Of a stretch of DNA of 64,000 bases, positions 37,949 through 50,468 are shown piece by piece. Origin of the DNA: an uncultured delta proteobacterium. Lineage in GTDB: Bacteria > Desulfobacterota > BSN033 > UBA1163. Positions within the stretch are counted from its first letter, which is position 1. Every line of letters begins with the position of its first letter. Below the pieces are notes generated by a model, which worked only from the letters and a program-made list of their open reading frames with translations, was not told where the DNA came from and ran no database searches. The stretch spans positions 384,001-448,000 of the forward strand of contig CAVPSJ010000004.1 in NCBI GenBank assembly GCA_963708295.1, written 5' to 3'. The translations under genes and the position numbers were made by a program.

Positions 37949-38306
37949 TATTCCCTCCTTCTTCGATCTCTATTCGGGGGGCATCGATCCAGAGCCCCTC
38001 CAAATCGTAAAAATTTCTAACAGGTTCCAGGAAGATATGGACAATCACATCCGCATAATCCATCAAAATCCATCTTCCTCCGGCCATCCCCTCCTGACCA
38101 AGAGGCCGAACCCCTTTTTTCTTGAGAGCCTCTTCAATCCCCTGGGCAATCGCCTGGACCTGACGATCGGACTTCCCGCTACAGAGGAGAAAATAATCCG
38201 TAAACGAGGTCATCCCTTTCAGCTCAAGAAGAACCGGGTGTAAGGCCTTCTTTTCAAGCGCCGCCTTCAGGCAGAGCAAGGATTTTGTTTTCGAATCGGT
38301 GACCAT
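37941..38306 (-). CDS. rsfS: Ribosome silencing factor
   Basis: WILMDYADVIVHIF, R.FYDLEGLW. Confidence 0.93.
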   Translation of the reverse strand: MVTDSKTKSLLCLKAALEKKALHPVLLELKGMTSFTDYFLLCSGKSDRQVQAIAQGIEEALKKKGVRPLGQEGMAGGRWILMDYADVIVHIFLEPVRNFYDLEGLWIDAPRIEIEEGGNIG

Positions 38307-38390
38307 ATCCTCCTAAAGGATATTTTTAAGTTTCACATTATACCAGAAAAAATTGAGATGACAAATAAAAAAGATAAAAAAATCCATTTT

Positions 38391-39068
38391 CTAAACGAAG
38401 GGCTTTTTTCGATAAAGCCCATACGTTCGGATATACGCCTCCACTTCGGCGGGAATCAGGTACCTTACCGTCTCCCCTTTTGCGATTAACTCTCTGACCC
38501 TCGTTGAGGAGATGTCGAGAAACCGGATTTCTTTAAAATAGACCCGATGGCCGGTACGGTGGACCCAGGCTCTCTCCCGCGTGTCATATCGAAAATCCGG
38601 AATCACGCTCTCGGGGAAGGGGGAGGACGAAATGTTTTCTTGAGATCCAGGTCGGACCATCACCGTAAAGTGACAAAGAGAAAAGAGACTTTGAAAGTCT
38701 CTCCATGTCTCAATCTCTTGAAAAGCGTCCCCGCCCAGAATGAAGAAAAAAACATCTTTGTATCTCTCTCGAAAGGTTCGGAGGGTGTCGATGGAGAAAG
38801 ATCTCCCCGGCCTTGAGAGTTCAAGATCACTGGCAGAAAAATGAGGATTGCTTGAAGTAGCCAACTTCACCATTTCCAGCCGGTGCTTCGCCTCCGTAAC
38901 TTTTTCTGTCGCCTTATGGGGCGGAACGGAGGAAGGGATGAAAATGACCTCATCGAGTCGCAATGCCTGCCAGATCTCCTCCGCTCCCCTGAGATGACCG
39001 AGATGGATGGGGTTAAAGGTCCCTCCGAATAACCCAATCCTCCTACCACTGGACTCCTTCTTGATTTC
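38391..39068 (-). CDS. nadD: Nicotinate-nucleotide adenylyltransferase (start codon unclear)
   Basis: Frame extends upstream to RIGLFGGTFNPIHLGH; PPHK, ISST.VR. Confidence 0.9.
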   Translation of the reverse strand, partial: EIKKESSGRRIGLFGGTFNPIHLGHLRGAEEIWQALRLDEVIFIPSSVPPHKATEKVTEAKHRLEMVKLATSSNPHFSASDLELSRPGRSFSIDTLRTFRERYKDVFFFILGGDAFQEIETWRDFQSLFSLCHFTVMVRPGSQENISSSPFPESVIPDFRYDTRERAWVHRTGHRVYFKEIRFLDISSTRVRELIAKGETVRYLIPAEVEAYIRTYGLYRKKPFV

Positions 39069-39086
39069 TCAACCCTCCTGCACAAA

Positions 39087-39222
39087 AAATCCTGAAATTC
39101 GAATATCGGCCGAAGCGTCCGTCTCGGACCAATCCAACAAATCCAAACATCGAAAGCTCCGAAAGTCTGGGCTTTGGGGCATTTGAATTTGAAATTTGGC
39201 TTGTTTCGAAATTTGGAATTCG
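39087..39222. repeat. Inverted ~7-nt-period intergenic repeat
   Basis: AAATCCT GAAATTC GAATATC... and TTTCGAAATTTGGAATTCGTGCTT. Confidence 0.6.
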
Positions 39223-39234
39223 TGCTTAATTAGG

Positions 39235-40503
39235 TCATTCTCTCACTTGTCCTTCTCCATAGACGATGAATTTCGTGGTCGTCAATTCCTCCAAACCCAT
39301 GGGGCCAAAGGCATGAAGCTTGGAGGTACTGATTCCGATCTCCGCGCCCAGACCCAACTCGAAACCATCGTTGAATCTCGTTGAGGCATTGACCAGGACA
39401 CAGGAGGAATGGACTTCTCTCAAAAACCTCTGGGCATTCTGATAATCTGAGGTCAGGATGGCTTCTGTGTGAAGCGAGCCGTATCGCGTAATGTGTCCGG
39501 TCGCTTCTTCGATCCCTTTCACCACTTTGACGGAGAGAATGAGGTCCAAATATTCTCGAGACCAATCTTCTTCCGAAGCCTTCTTGATATGAGATAGAAT
39601 CTTTTGGGTTTGAGGGCACCCCCTGAGTTCCACCCCTTCTTTCTCCAGAACTTTCGCCACCTTTGGAAGGAATCGGCGCGCCACTTTTTCATGAACGAGC
39701 AGGGTCTCCATCGCATTGCACACCCCTGGTTTCTGGACTTTTGCATTGAGGCAAACCCGGGTGGCCATCTCCAGATCAGCCGTCTCATCGACGAAAATAT
39801 GGCAGATTCCCTTATAATGTTTGATGACTGGAATCTTTGAATGATGGGTGACGAATCGGATGAGCTCTTCTCCTCCCCTGGGGATGATCAGATCGATTTG
39901 ATCCTCCAACTGGAGCATCTCCCGGATGGCCTCCCTCTCCGTGCGAGGGAAGATCTGGATCCCGTCTGGAGAAAGTCCCATTTTGAGCAGAACCTGCCGA
40001 AGGATCTTCCCAATCGCTTGATTCGAATGGAAGGCTTCTGACCCTCCCCTGAGAATGACACTGTTGCCCGACTTAAGACAGAGACCTGAGGCATCGGCGG
40101 TGACATTGGGTCTCGACTCGTAAATGATCCCAATGACGCCGATGGGAATCCTCATCTTTCCCACCGTCAAACCATTGGGCCTTTTCCACATCTTGACGAC
40201 TTCGCCCACCGGGTCCGGAAGACGAGCGACTTCCCGAAGCCCCCCGGCCATTCCTTGGATCACCGGAGGAGTCAATCTCAAGCGGTCGATCAGTGGCAAC
40301 GTCAGTTGGCCCTTTTCAGCCAAAGCGAGATCTTTCCGATTTTCTCGAATCAGCTGCTCTTGATGCCGCTCCAGGCTCTCTGCCATTTCGAGGAGGGCCT
40401 TGTCTTTGACGGCGGCGGAAAGTTGGGCGAGTTGACAAGAGGCCTCCTTGGCCCTTCCGGCCATCTCCCTCGCCTCCGCCCTGAAGTCCACTTTCTCTTT
40501 CAT
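39235..40503 (-). CDS. proA: Glutamate-5-semialdehyde dehydrogenase
   Basis: [37 protein letters not shown]. Confidence 0.95.
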   Translation of the reverse strand: MKEKVDFRAEAREMAGRAKEASCQLAQLSAAVKDKALLEMAESLERHQEQLIRENRKDLALAEKGQLTLPLIDRLRLTPPVIQGMAGGLREVARLPDPVGEVVKMWKRPNGLTVGKMRIPIGVIGIIYESRPNVTADASGLCLKSGNSVILRGGSEAFHSNQAIGKILRQVLLKMGLSPDGIQIFPRTEREAIREMLQLEDQIDLIIPRGGEELIRFVTHHSKIPVIKHYKGICHIFVDETADLEMATRVCLNAKVQKPGVCNAMETLLVHEKVARRFLPKVAKVLEKEGVELRGCPQTQKILSHIKKASEEDWSREYLDLILSVKVVKGIEEATGHITRYGSLHTEAILTSDYQNAQRFLREVHSSCVLVNASTRFNDGFELGLGAEIGISTSKLHAFGPMGLEELTTTKFIVYGEGQVRE

Positions 40504-41613
40504 AAAACAACCAAGTCGTCCCGGTGAATCACTTCATCCGAATATTTGTAGCCCAGGGTCGATTCAATCTGGTTGCTTCGAAGGCCTTTGATTCTTTCAA
40601 TCTCCGACGCGCTGTAGTTGACCAACCCTCTGGCGAATTCCTTTCCGCGGGGTCCCAGGCAGGTCACCAAATCGCCTCGATCGAAACTCCCCTTGATTTT
40701 GACCACACCCGATGGGAGCAGACTCTTTCCCCTCTGGACAACGGCCTTCTTCGCCCCATCGTCCACGAAGACGTCGCCCTTCGGTTTTGGGTTAAAGGCA
40801 ATCCAATGTTTCCGGCTGCTCAGGGCCTCCCCTTTCGGAAGAATCAGCGTCCCGATTTCCTTTCCCTTTAAGATCTGATGGAGGACGCCCTCCCTGGTTC
40901 CCCTTGCGACGACGGTGGGAATCCCGAAACGGGATGCCTTCTTGGCAGCCTGGATCTTGCTGATCATCCCTCCCACGCTCATCTCGCTCTTTGTCTCTCC
41001 GACGATCTCCTCCAAATCCGCATTGATTTCTTCTACCAGGGGGATACATCGGGCATGAGGGTTTACCCTCGGGTCGGAATCGCAAAGACCATCGATGTCC
41101 GTCAGGATAATGAGTAGATCCGCCCCGATCAGGTTGGTGATCAGAGCGGAAAGGTTGTCATTGTCGCCGAACTTGATCTCGTCCACCACGACCGTATCGT
41201 TCTCGTTGATAATCGGGATGATTCCGAGTTCAAGCAGCGTGAGGAGGGTATTGCGGGCGTTCAGGAATCTCCGCCGGTGGCTCAAATCATCGCGGGTCAA
41301 AAGAACCTGTGCTACCATTTGTTGAAAGCGCGAGAAATAGTTTTCATAGATATTCATCAATCGAGTCTGTCCCACGGCTGCGGTGGCCTGTTTCTGCGTG
41401 ATCGCCTGAGGACGAGTCTGATAGCCCAGCTTTTCCATCCCTGCCGCAATGGCACCGGAGGAGACCAAGACGATTTCATACCCTTGGCGTTTCAGATCCG
41501 ATATTTCCTTGGACAAACGGGAGAAAACCTCGTAATGGAGCCCCTTCGCAACAGAGGCCAGAATACTGGAGCCCACCTTCACAACGATGCGTCTTCGCTT
41601 TCCCAGTAGCTTT

Positions 41614-41636
<23 letters not shown>
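40500..41636 (-). CDS. proB: Glutamate 5-kinase with PUA domain
   Basis: [29 protein letters not shown]. Confidence 0.95.
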
Positions 41637-42957
<1,321 letters not shown>

Positions 42958-42983
42958 AACTGCCTCCGACTCTTTGCCGTGCT

Positions 42984-43040
42984 GTAGCGCCCCCGTTTAT
43001 CGGGGGCGCAATTTTCGTCGGCAATAAATGCCGACGCTAC
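42984..43040. repeat. GTAG-type REP doublet
   Basis: GTAGCGCCCCCG-TTTAT-CGGGGGCGC ... CGTCGGCA-ATAAA-TGCCGACG-CTAC. Confidence 0.65.
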
Positions 43041-43099
43041 GTTTTTAACCTCACGTTTAACCCATTACTCCACTACTCCAATATCCCATTTGTTGTCAA

Positions 43100-43414
43100 T
43101 CAGCTGAATGCGATGTCATTGATTTTCAAATAGGTATACGTCTGTCGATGTCCTTTGAATCGCCGATAGTTCTTTCTCCTTTTCATCTTGTAGGTCAGGA
43201 CTTTCTCTCCCTTGCTCTCCCGGACGATCTCGCCTTTGATGACGACATTCGTCAGGCGGGGAGTTCCAATCTGTGCCTCTCCCTCTTTGGAGACCATCAG
43301 GACCTCTTTCAGCTCCACCTGATCTCCCACGTTCCCTTCCAATTTCTCGACCTGGATCAGGTCTCCTTTGGAAACCCGATACTCCCTTCCGCCCGTTTTC
43401 ACCACCGCATACAT
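43100..43414 (-). CDS. rplU: 50S ribosomal protein L21
   Basis: MYAVVKTGG, RRKNYRR.KGHRQ. Confidence 0.96.
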   Translation of the reverse strand: MYAVVKTGGREYRVSKGDLIQVEKLEGNVGDQVELKEVLMVSKEGEAQIGTPRLTNVVIKGEIVRESKGEKVLTYKMKRRKNYRRFKGHRQTYTYLKINDIAFS

Positions 43415-43511
43415 CAGACGCCTCCACATTAAAGTAATCGTTGAATATTAATTGATTCCTAACCCATTGTCAAATTTCATTTTCAATACGAAACTGCCTT
43501 GCCCGCCAGCC

Positions 43512-43913
43512 CTACCCGGCCGGGCCGGTTTCGTCGAATCCGGGCCGAATAAACGACCTTGCGTTGGGGAATGTCTGCTCGACAACCTGCCTCACACCGT
43601 CTATCGCCCATTCCTTCGCACCCTCCCTCAGCAACTCCAGAGCATCCCCCAGGATTCCCGATAATTTTTTCCAGAATGCCTCATTCCTAATATCCCGCGT
43701 TTCGGGATCCGAAAATTCCTCCTCCGAAACGGAGAAATTTAAGCGGCGTGAGGTCTGCGGACAACGTTCACACCATCGATCACAATAATTATAAATTCCT
43801 GCGATGAATCGCTCGTCCGAAGCAAGTTTTTTGAGCCGATCCCGATTCATAATATATTCCTCTGACTCGAAACGGCTCTGTTGAATGTTCAGATCTGAGT
43901 CTTCAACGGTCAT
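43512..43913 (-). CDS. Cys-motif hypothetical protein, possibly internally deleted
   Basis: IYNYCDRWCERC near N-terminus, FPNARSFIRPGFD at C-terminus. Confidence 0.5.
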   Translation of the reverse strand: MTVEDSDLNIQQSRFESEEYIMNRDRLKKLASDERFIAGIYNYCDRWCERCPQTSRRLNFSVSEEEFSDPETRDIRNEAFWKKLSGILGDALELLREGAKEWAIDGVRQVVEQTFPNARSFIRPGFDETGPAG

Positions 43914-44013
43914 AAAATTTTAACCTAAGGATCCGGTCGGGTAACACTAACCGGTATATTATACATCATTATTTGGCAGAAAATGCTATAAAATTCGTAC
44001 TATTAAGAACTAC

Positions 44014-44069
44014 TTGACAAATGGCAATTGCTGTTGTAATATTTTTACAACGTTGTAATAATTTTACAA
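44014..44069 (+). promoter_or_regulatory. Sigma-70 promoter with tandem palindromic operator
   Basis: TTGACA(44014)-N17-TAATAT; TTGTAA-N5-TTACAA at 44034-44050 and 44053-44069. Confidence 0.75.
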
Positions 44070-44089
44070 TGCCCAGAGGGGGTGCTGAA

Positions 44090-44470
44090 ATGGGTGTCTT
44101 ATTTGGCGATTATTTTAAAAAGAAACGTTTGGAAATGCAAAAGACTTTAAGGCAATTCTGTCTCGAAAACGGATTGGACCCCGGAAATATCAGCAAGCTG
44201 GAGAGGGGGATTTTACCGCCGCCTGCTTCGAGCGCAAAGTTGGCACATTATGCAAAGTGTCTCAATATCAAGGAAGGGACCGATGATTGGTTAGAGTTTT
44301 TTGATATAGCCAGGGCTGAGGCAGGGCGTATTCCTGATGAAATCCTCGCAAACAAAGAACTCGTTTCCAGGCTGCCGCTGGTTTTCAGAACCCTCAAGGG
44401 GCAAAAACTGAATGAAGAACAATTAGAGAAATTAGCCCGCGAACTGGAAAAGCTCGATGCAGCAGAATAA
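44090..44470 (+). CDS. XRE-family HTH regulator
   Basis: FGDYFKKKR...TLRQFC...DPGNISKLERG. Confidence 0.88.
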   Translation: MGVLFGDYFKKKRLEMQKTLRQFCLENGLDPGNISKLERGILPPPASSAKLAHYAKCLNIKEGTDDWLEFFDIARAEAGRIPDEILANKELVSRLPLVFRTLKGQKLNEEQLEKLARELEKLDAAE

Positions 44471-45104
44471 TATCATTGCCCCAGTTCTATCCTATGAGGA
44501 TATCAACAATCGTGCTGAAGAGTTCTTACGAGAACATAAACGAAACGATACCCTCCCTGTAGACATAGAAACAATAGTGGAATTTGATCTCGGGCTGAAT
44601 ATCTTCCCTTTTCCCAATCTTCAAGAGACTTTTGATATCGAAGGGTTTATCTCCGGCGACCTGACTGTGATTTACGTGGATGAGTTTATATATAATCATC
44701 GGTTATCAAGGTATCGTTTTACTCTGGCTCACGAGGTGGGTCATGTCGTGTTTCATTCAGATTTAATTTCGTCCATCCACCCCCAAAGCGTTTCGGAGTG
44801 GAATAAATTTATTCTGAGCATTGATGAAGATGCTTATGGTTGGCTCGAATGGCAGGCTTATATTTTCGCGGCAGCTGTCCTTGTCCCCCGTTCTACCTTG
44901 AAACAACACTTCTCTCATGAAATCAAATTACTTCAGCCCAAAATAAATTATACCCTTTCACAAGGGCTCTCTATCGAATCTTCGCAAGACTATATTGTAA
45001 ACGCAATTGCAGCAAAACTTATCGGAATATATGACGTATCAGCGGATGTGCTTACCAGGAGAATTTCAAAGGAGATTGAAAAAGGTCATCTTTCCTTTAA
45101 GTAA
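44457..45104 (+). CDS. ImmA/IrrE-family metallo-endopeptidase
   Basis: RFTLAHEVGH, EWQA..FAAAVLVP; overlaps XRE gene. Confidence 0.9.
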   Translation: MQQNNIIAPVLSYEDINNRAEEFLREHKRNDTLPVDIETIVEFDLGLNIFPFPNLQETFDIEGFISGDLTVIYVDEFIYNHRLSRYRFTLAHEVGHVVFHSDLISSIHPQSVSEWNKFILSIDEDAYGWLEWQAYIFAAAVLVPRSTLKQHFSHEIKLLQPKINYTLSQGLSIESSQDYIVNAIAAKLIGIYDVSADVLTRRISKEIEKGHLSFK

Positions 45105-45125
45105 GAAATTAAGGAAGTTTTGGGT

Positions 45126-45221
45126 ATGTCAAAAGATGCGCGTGGGATGCGCGGCTATCGCAGCCGTAATGAGGACGGTCAACTCCGTCAGAAGCGTGGA
45201 GAATCAAAGCCTATTTTCTAG
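45126..45221 (+). pseudogene. Short basic ORF apparently truncated by an IR-bounded insertion
   Basis: MSKDARGMRGYRSRNEDGQLRQKRG, then runs into IR at 45204 and stops. Confidence 0.4.
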
Positions 45222-45560
45222 CGGCTAATTGGCCGGCAAAATCGAAGATATCAAAAAAATAGCTGATTGTCAATGAAAAATTATACGAAAATATATAAAA
45301 TCGCTAAGACTAAGAATAGATGTAAATCACGATAACATTAAGGAATTAAAGGGAAAGGAGTGGGATCAATCTATTATTCTTTACCAACGAAATCATTGAA
45401 CGCCTCAACCAGCCTCACCTATCAATTGCTCTACAGCCACTTACCAACATCCCGCAGAACGTATCCTCCCACGCCATGGCTTCCGGGACTACCGAGGACG
45501 GGTAGCGCAAGACCTCAGGCGAAAGACAAAAAGCCCATTCCTTTTGAGAATAGGCTTTGA
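45204..45560. mobile_element. MITE/IS remnant bounded by terminal inverted repeats
   Basis: TCAAAGCCTATTTTC at left vs reverse complement TCAAAGCCTATTCTC at right (14/15); no transposase. Confidence 0.5.
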
Positions 45561-45817
45561 CTTAAACGAATTTTTCCTGAGGGACCATCCCTCATCCCGC
45601 CCTCTCCCCGCGAATGGGATCTTCGACCCACAAGGGAGACGGATAAATAAGGAATTCAAGGATGTTCTAATCTATCAAAAATAGAATAAAGCATCAATTA
45701 TCTTTTGGTTTTCGGGGTGGGGAATACGGATTTATTCTCTGTGATTACACAAACACCTTCCATCGTTCTACATCTTCATCTCGAAAGAGACTCTTGATTC
45801 GCCTTACGAGGGCTTCT

Positions 45818-46012
45818 CTACCGGGATCGCGAAGATGGACTGCCTGACTGCTTCGCGGAGGGTCTGGTTCGGATCAAACGTCCGTGCTCATAAATGACTA
45901 AGGGAGTATGTGTCCTCTCTGCAATTTTCCTGGCCCGTCTCGCAGCTCGCCGCAGGGCAGTACCAACCTTGGATAAGTCTTCGTCAAGTACTATTTTCTT
46001 GGTTGCTTTCAT
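45818..46012 (-). CDS. Small basic hypothetical protein (resembles partners of zeta-toxin-like ATPases)
   Basis: ALRRAARRARKIA..T.TPLVIYE.G; ATG overlaps the stop of an upstream remnant LVLLEAGEK*. Confidence 0.5.
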   Translation of the reverse strand: MKATKKIVLDEDLSKVGTALRRAARRARKIAERTHTPLVIYEHGRLIRTRPSAKQSGSPSSRSR

Positions 46013-46249
46013 TTTTCTCCCGCTTCCAGCAGTACCAAATATTACATTCTAAGGAGCCCATATTAAAGAAAACATAGCCCTTTGAAAATCTCCCCTAACC
46101 CCTCTTTGCCTGCCTGAAGACAGGAAACGGATACCAAAGAGGGGAATTCCTCCCCTCTGAAAGGGAGCACAGGTAGGATCTATCTTCGACTGTCTAGACA
46201 ATTATGGCCGACTCGTTATTTTACTCCAGGATCGATCGTTGTTTTATCT

Positions 46250-47746
46250 TCAAATTTCGATGATGTTGAATTGGTCCTGGTGGAATCCGGCTTTGCCCTT
46301 GATGACGATCTTTTTCCTCAGTTTTCTCTCCAGCTCCTCCACGCCGGCTCTCTCCTCCTCATAAAGAAGGTCGGCGATCTCCGGATTGGCTTCGACCATG
46401 ATGTTATGGCCTCCCAATTCCGTAGAAGTTCTTTCGATCTCCCGGAAGATGTCGTAGCAGACCGTCGTCTTCGACTTCACCAGCCCCGCTCCCTCACAAT
46501 AGGGACAGGGCTCGCCGAGGATCCTGGAGATGTTTTCCCGCGTTCGTTTCCGGGTCATCTCCACCAGACCCAGTTCTGAGATTTTGAAGATATTCGTCTT
46601 CTGACGATCTTTCTTCAGATGGCTTCTTCGAAGGCCTGATAAACCTTTTCCCGATCCCCTTCCCTCTCCATATCGATAAAGTCGATGATGATAATCCCTC
46701 CGATATTCCGAACCTCAACTGGTAGGCAATCTCCTTGGCTGCCTCCAGGTTGGTTTTGAGGATCGTATCCGCTAAATTCCTCTTTCCCACGTATCTTCCT
46801 GTATTCACGTCGATGGCAACCAGGGCTTCGCTCATATCGATGACGATATACCCACCGGATTTCAGCCAGACCTTGCTGCCCAGGATTTTATCAATCTCCA
46901 TCTCGATCCCGTAGGCATCGAAGATGGGCTCCTTTTTCTCGTAGAGGACCATCTCATATTTTTGCTTCGGCATATAGGTGTTGATGAAGGAGAGGATGTT
47001 GTCATATTCTTCTTTAGAATCGATGACGATTCGGTTGACCTGGGGGGAGAGGATATCACGGATGACCCGGAGGACCATGGTCAGGTCGCTGTGGATCAGC
47101 GAAGGGGCTGCGGAATTTTCTTTTTTCTTCTGAATATTGTTCCAGAGATGAAGGAGAAATTCCATATCCGTTCGAATCTCATCCGCCTCCGCCCCTTCAC
47201 TGGCTGTCCGGACGATGAAACCCGCCGGAGGGAGGTTTGACCGATTGGACGATCTCCCTCAACCTCTTTCGCTCCTTTTCATCCTTGATCCTTCTCGAAA
47301 CCCCGATATGATCCACCAGGGGCATATAGACAAGATATCTGCCGGGCAACGTCGATGTGAGAGGTGATTCGGGTCCCCTTGGTGCCGAGGGGTTCCTTGG
47401 AGACCTGAACCAATATCTCCTGGCCTTCGGAGAGGAGGTCTTCAATCTGTGAGGAAGGGCTGTTGAAATAGGTGGGCATCTCTTCCCCGTGAATGCCCAT
47501 CTCCTCATAATCTTCGATCCCCCCGTGAACATCCGCGACATAGAGGAAAGCGGCTTTTTCCAGCCCGATGTCAACAAAGGCGGCCTGCATCCCGGGCAAG
47601 ACCTTGACGACTTTCCCCTTGTAGATGTTCCCCATGATCCCTCGATCCTTCGTGCGCTCAATATAAAGTTCGGCAAGGACCCGATCCTCCAACAGGGCAA
47701 CCCTTGTCTCCTGCTGCGTCACGTTAATGATGAGCTCATTCGCCAT
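46250..47746 (-). CDS. rng: Rne/Rng-family ribonuclease (RNase G), several apparent frameshifts
   Basis: GNIYKGKV..VLPGMQAAFVDIG, IDVNTG, TNLEAA.EIA.QLR, EMTRKR, CPYC.G.G across 3-4 ORF pieces. Confidence 0.88.
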
Positions 47747-47769
47747 AACCTGCTCCTCAGAAGAGTACC

Positions 47770-47919
47770 GGAGTATTGGAGTACTGGAATAATGGAGTAA
47801 TGGAACGATGCATCAACTAAGTGCTTCAATGAGCAATAACCAATTTCCAATTCTCAATGATCATTGACTACTGACCATTGCGAATTGATCATTGAATAGC
47901 CCAATACTCCAGTGCTCCA
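47770..47919. repeat. Inverted 7-8-nt-period repeat (GGAGTA(A/T)T ... ATACTCC)
   Basis: GGAGTATT GGAGTACT GGAATAAT GGAGTAAT and complement CCAATACTCCAGTGCTCC; half-copy at 43062-43088. Confidence 0.55.
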
Positions 47920-50423
47920 TCATTCCAATTTGATGACTTTACATTGAGCCAGAGGCTCCCGGTCCAGCCCGAGTACGGCCCCAACAATCTCAGTGGGTTT
48001 TGCTGTTCTTCCCGTTGCCTTTCGAAGAACCAGTTCGACCCCCCATTGAGAGGCGTCGCCCGGGCACCCTTTTTTCTCCTTCACTTCCATCTTTTCGATC
48101 AAGGGGCGAATGTCCACACTCCTCTTCTTTCCGTCCCTTTCCTGATGGATGAAGAACTCTTTCTCATCCAACGCCTTTTTGATCTTGGGGAGAGCCTCCT
48201 CTTTTGAAAGGAAATGATCCAAAGGTATCCAGTAGACGGACGGATGGGATAACGAGGACAGATGGAAAAAGCGCGGGACCTCCTCGGCGTCCAGGATCTC
48301 AACCCCCGGCGGCAAAGTTTCATTCAGCCTTTCAAGGACGTCACGAGGCGTGACTTTCCCATCACACTCGATATCGACGATCTCGGTCAGGCTCTCCATT
48401 CCAACCGGAAGGGCCGTCGCAAAGATGATCCTGGGCATCGGATGAAATCCCTCGGAATAACAGAGAGGAAGATCGGCCCTCTTGGAGGCGCGGTAGAAGA
48501 GATGGGCAAGTTCCAGATGGCTCAGAAACCGCATGTCTCCGACTTTTTTGAATTTCAGCCGGATCTTCTTTTTCATCCCTTTTTTTTGGCTCTCTTTCTT
48601 GACGATTCTCCCCGGGATCTTCACTTCTGCCGGGTCGCCTTCCTTTACTCGTGATGGTCTTTCCATTACAGACTCCGCATCGACGACAATTCTCTTTCAC
48701 AGGCAAGGAGGGCTGATTTCTCTCTTGAAGGCCTCTCTGGTACTCCTCCCAGAGAAATTGAGCATTCATCCCTGTGTCGATAAAGGACCATGGAGAGGAT
48801 CTGCTCGAACTCTTTTCCTCTGGGTATGGAGGTCCATCTTCAGTCCTGCCGTCTCAAAGGCCTCTTTCCACACGGGGAAACGGAATTGATCACTCCACCC
48901 ATCGAAGCGACATCCCAGCCGATGGGCTTCGACCAAAACCCGGGAAAGACTTCGATCGCCCGTTGAAAAGATTCCCTCAAGAAACTGAGATGGGGATCCT
49001 GCCATTTAAGGCGAAGACGGTTCCTTTTAACCTCCATCCTTCAGGAAACGGAGTTTCTCCTTCATCTCCTCCAAAGGGATTTGGGATTCCCACTGGAAAG
49101 GGGTATGGGGTTTGGGAACAAAGGTGGAGACACTGACATTGATATTGGGATGGACCTTCTGCCTCTCTCCGAGGGAAGCAATCTTTCTCGGACAGATCGA
49201 TGATCCCTCTTAAGTCTTCCTCTTTTTCCGTTGGAAGTCCCATCATGAAATAGAGTTTGATGTTCTTCCAGCCTTTTGAAAAGAGATCCGACAGACCCTG
49301 GAAAAGGACCCCTTCATCCAGCTCCTTATTGATCACCTTTCGAAGCCGTTCGGTTCCAGCCTCCGGGGCAATGGTGAATCCGGTTTTTCTGACCCGCTTC
49401 ACCTCCTCCGCCAGACGTCCCACCACACTCTCAATCCTCAAAGAGGGAAAAGAGACAGCCACCCTCTTCGATTCAAATCGATCCATGAGACCGGAGAGGA
49501 GAGGCCCGATGGAGGAGTAATCCCCCGCGCTGAGAGAGAGGAGGGAGATCTCTTCGTAGCCCGTTCCTTCGAGCGAAGCATCGAGAATCTCATGAATCAC
49601 CCCTGGGTCTCTCTCCCGGTACGGCCGGTGGATGAATCCTGCCTCACAGAAACGGCATCCTCTTTTGCAGCCCCTTGCAATCTCAACATTGAGACGGTCA
49701 TGAACCACCTTCATGTAAGGGACAATCGGACAGGTGGGGAAAGAAGGCTTGGCTCAGGTCAGAAACGATTCTTTTCCGAACTTTTTGCCCCTCTGTGTGT
49801 AAACTGGGGACATAGACCCCTTCCAGTTGGAGAAAGGGATTTCAAAAGATCCTCTTTCTTTCGCCCCGGCCTCTTTCCATTGAAGCGCCGAGATCGCAGA
49901 TCTCCAAGAACCACCTCTTCGCCGTCTCCGATGACGATGGCATCGAAAAAATCGGCCACCGGCGCCGGATTGAAGGCTGAAGGGCCTCCGGCGATGATCA
50001 GAGGAAACCGATCATCCCTGTCCTTTGAGAAGAGCGGAATACGGGAGAGATCGAGCATATTGAGGACATTGGTGAAGCAGAGTTCGTACTGAAGAGGAGA
50101 AACCCACGATATCGAATTGATTAAGAGGTGTGGAGGATTCGAGAGAGGAGAGAGGAATCCTTTTCTCCCTTAAGACCTTCTCCATATCGACCCAGGGAGC
50201 AAAGGCCCTTTCGCAGGCAACCCCCTTTTTTCCGTTCAGGATGATGATAGAGAATCTGAATTCCGAGGTGGGACATTCCCACTTCATAGACATCCGGAAA
50301 AGCAAGACAGAATTTCAGCTTGACCTCGGCAGGATCTTTTCTGATCGAATGGATCTCTTGACCAAGATACCTGACAGGTTTTGAAACAAGGGAAAGAAAC
50401 TCTTTCAATCCGTCACCATCCAT
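47920..50423 (-). CDS. TIGR03960-like radical SAM protein fused to TIGR03936-like domain, many apparent frameshifts
   Basis: LAFPDVYEVGMSHLG, GCKRGCRFC (CxxxCxxC), TIAPEAG, KLYFMMGLP, RFLSHLEL, YSEGFHP; conserved position upstream of rng. Confidence 0.85.
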
Positions 50424-50426
50424 TCA

Positions 50427-50468
50427 AATCCCCCCATCCCCCCTTTTCCAGGGGGGTGGGGGGGATTC
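50427..50468. repeat. C/G-rich palindrome (REP-like)
   Basis: AATCCCCCCATCCCCC-TTTTCCA-GGGGGGTGGGGGGGATT. Confidence 0.5.

Noticed and set aside
46250-50423. Pseudogenisation of rng and the radical SAM gene
   Set aside because: Motifs are intact in all fragments and similar indels hit essential genes; sequencing error is more parsimonious
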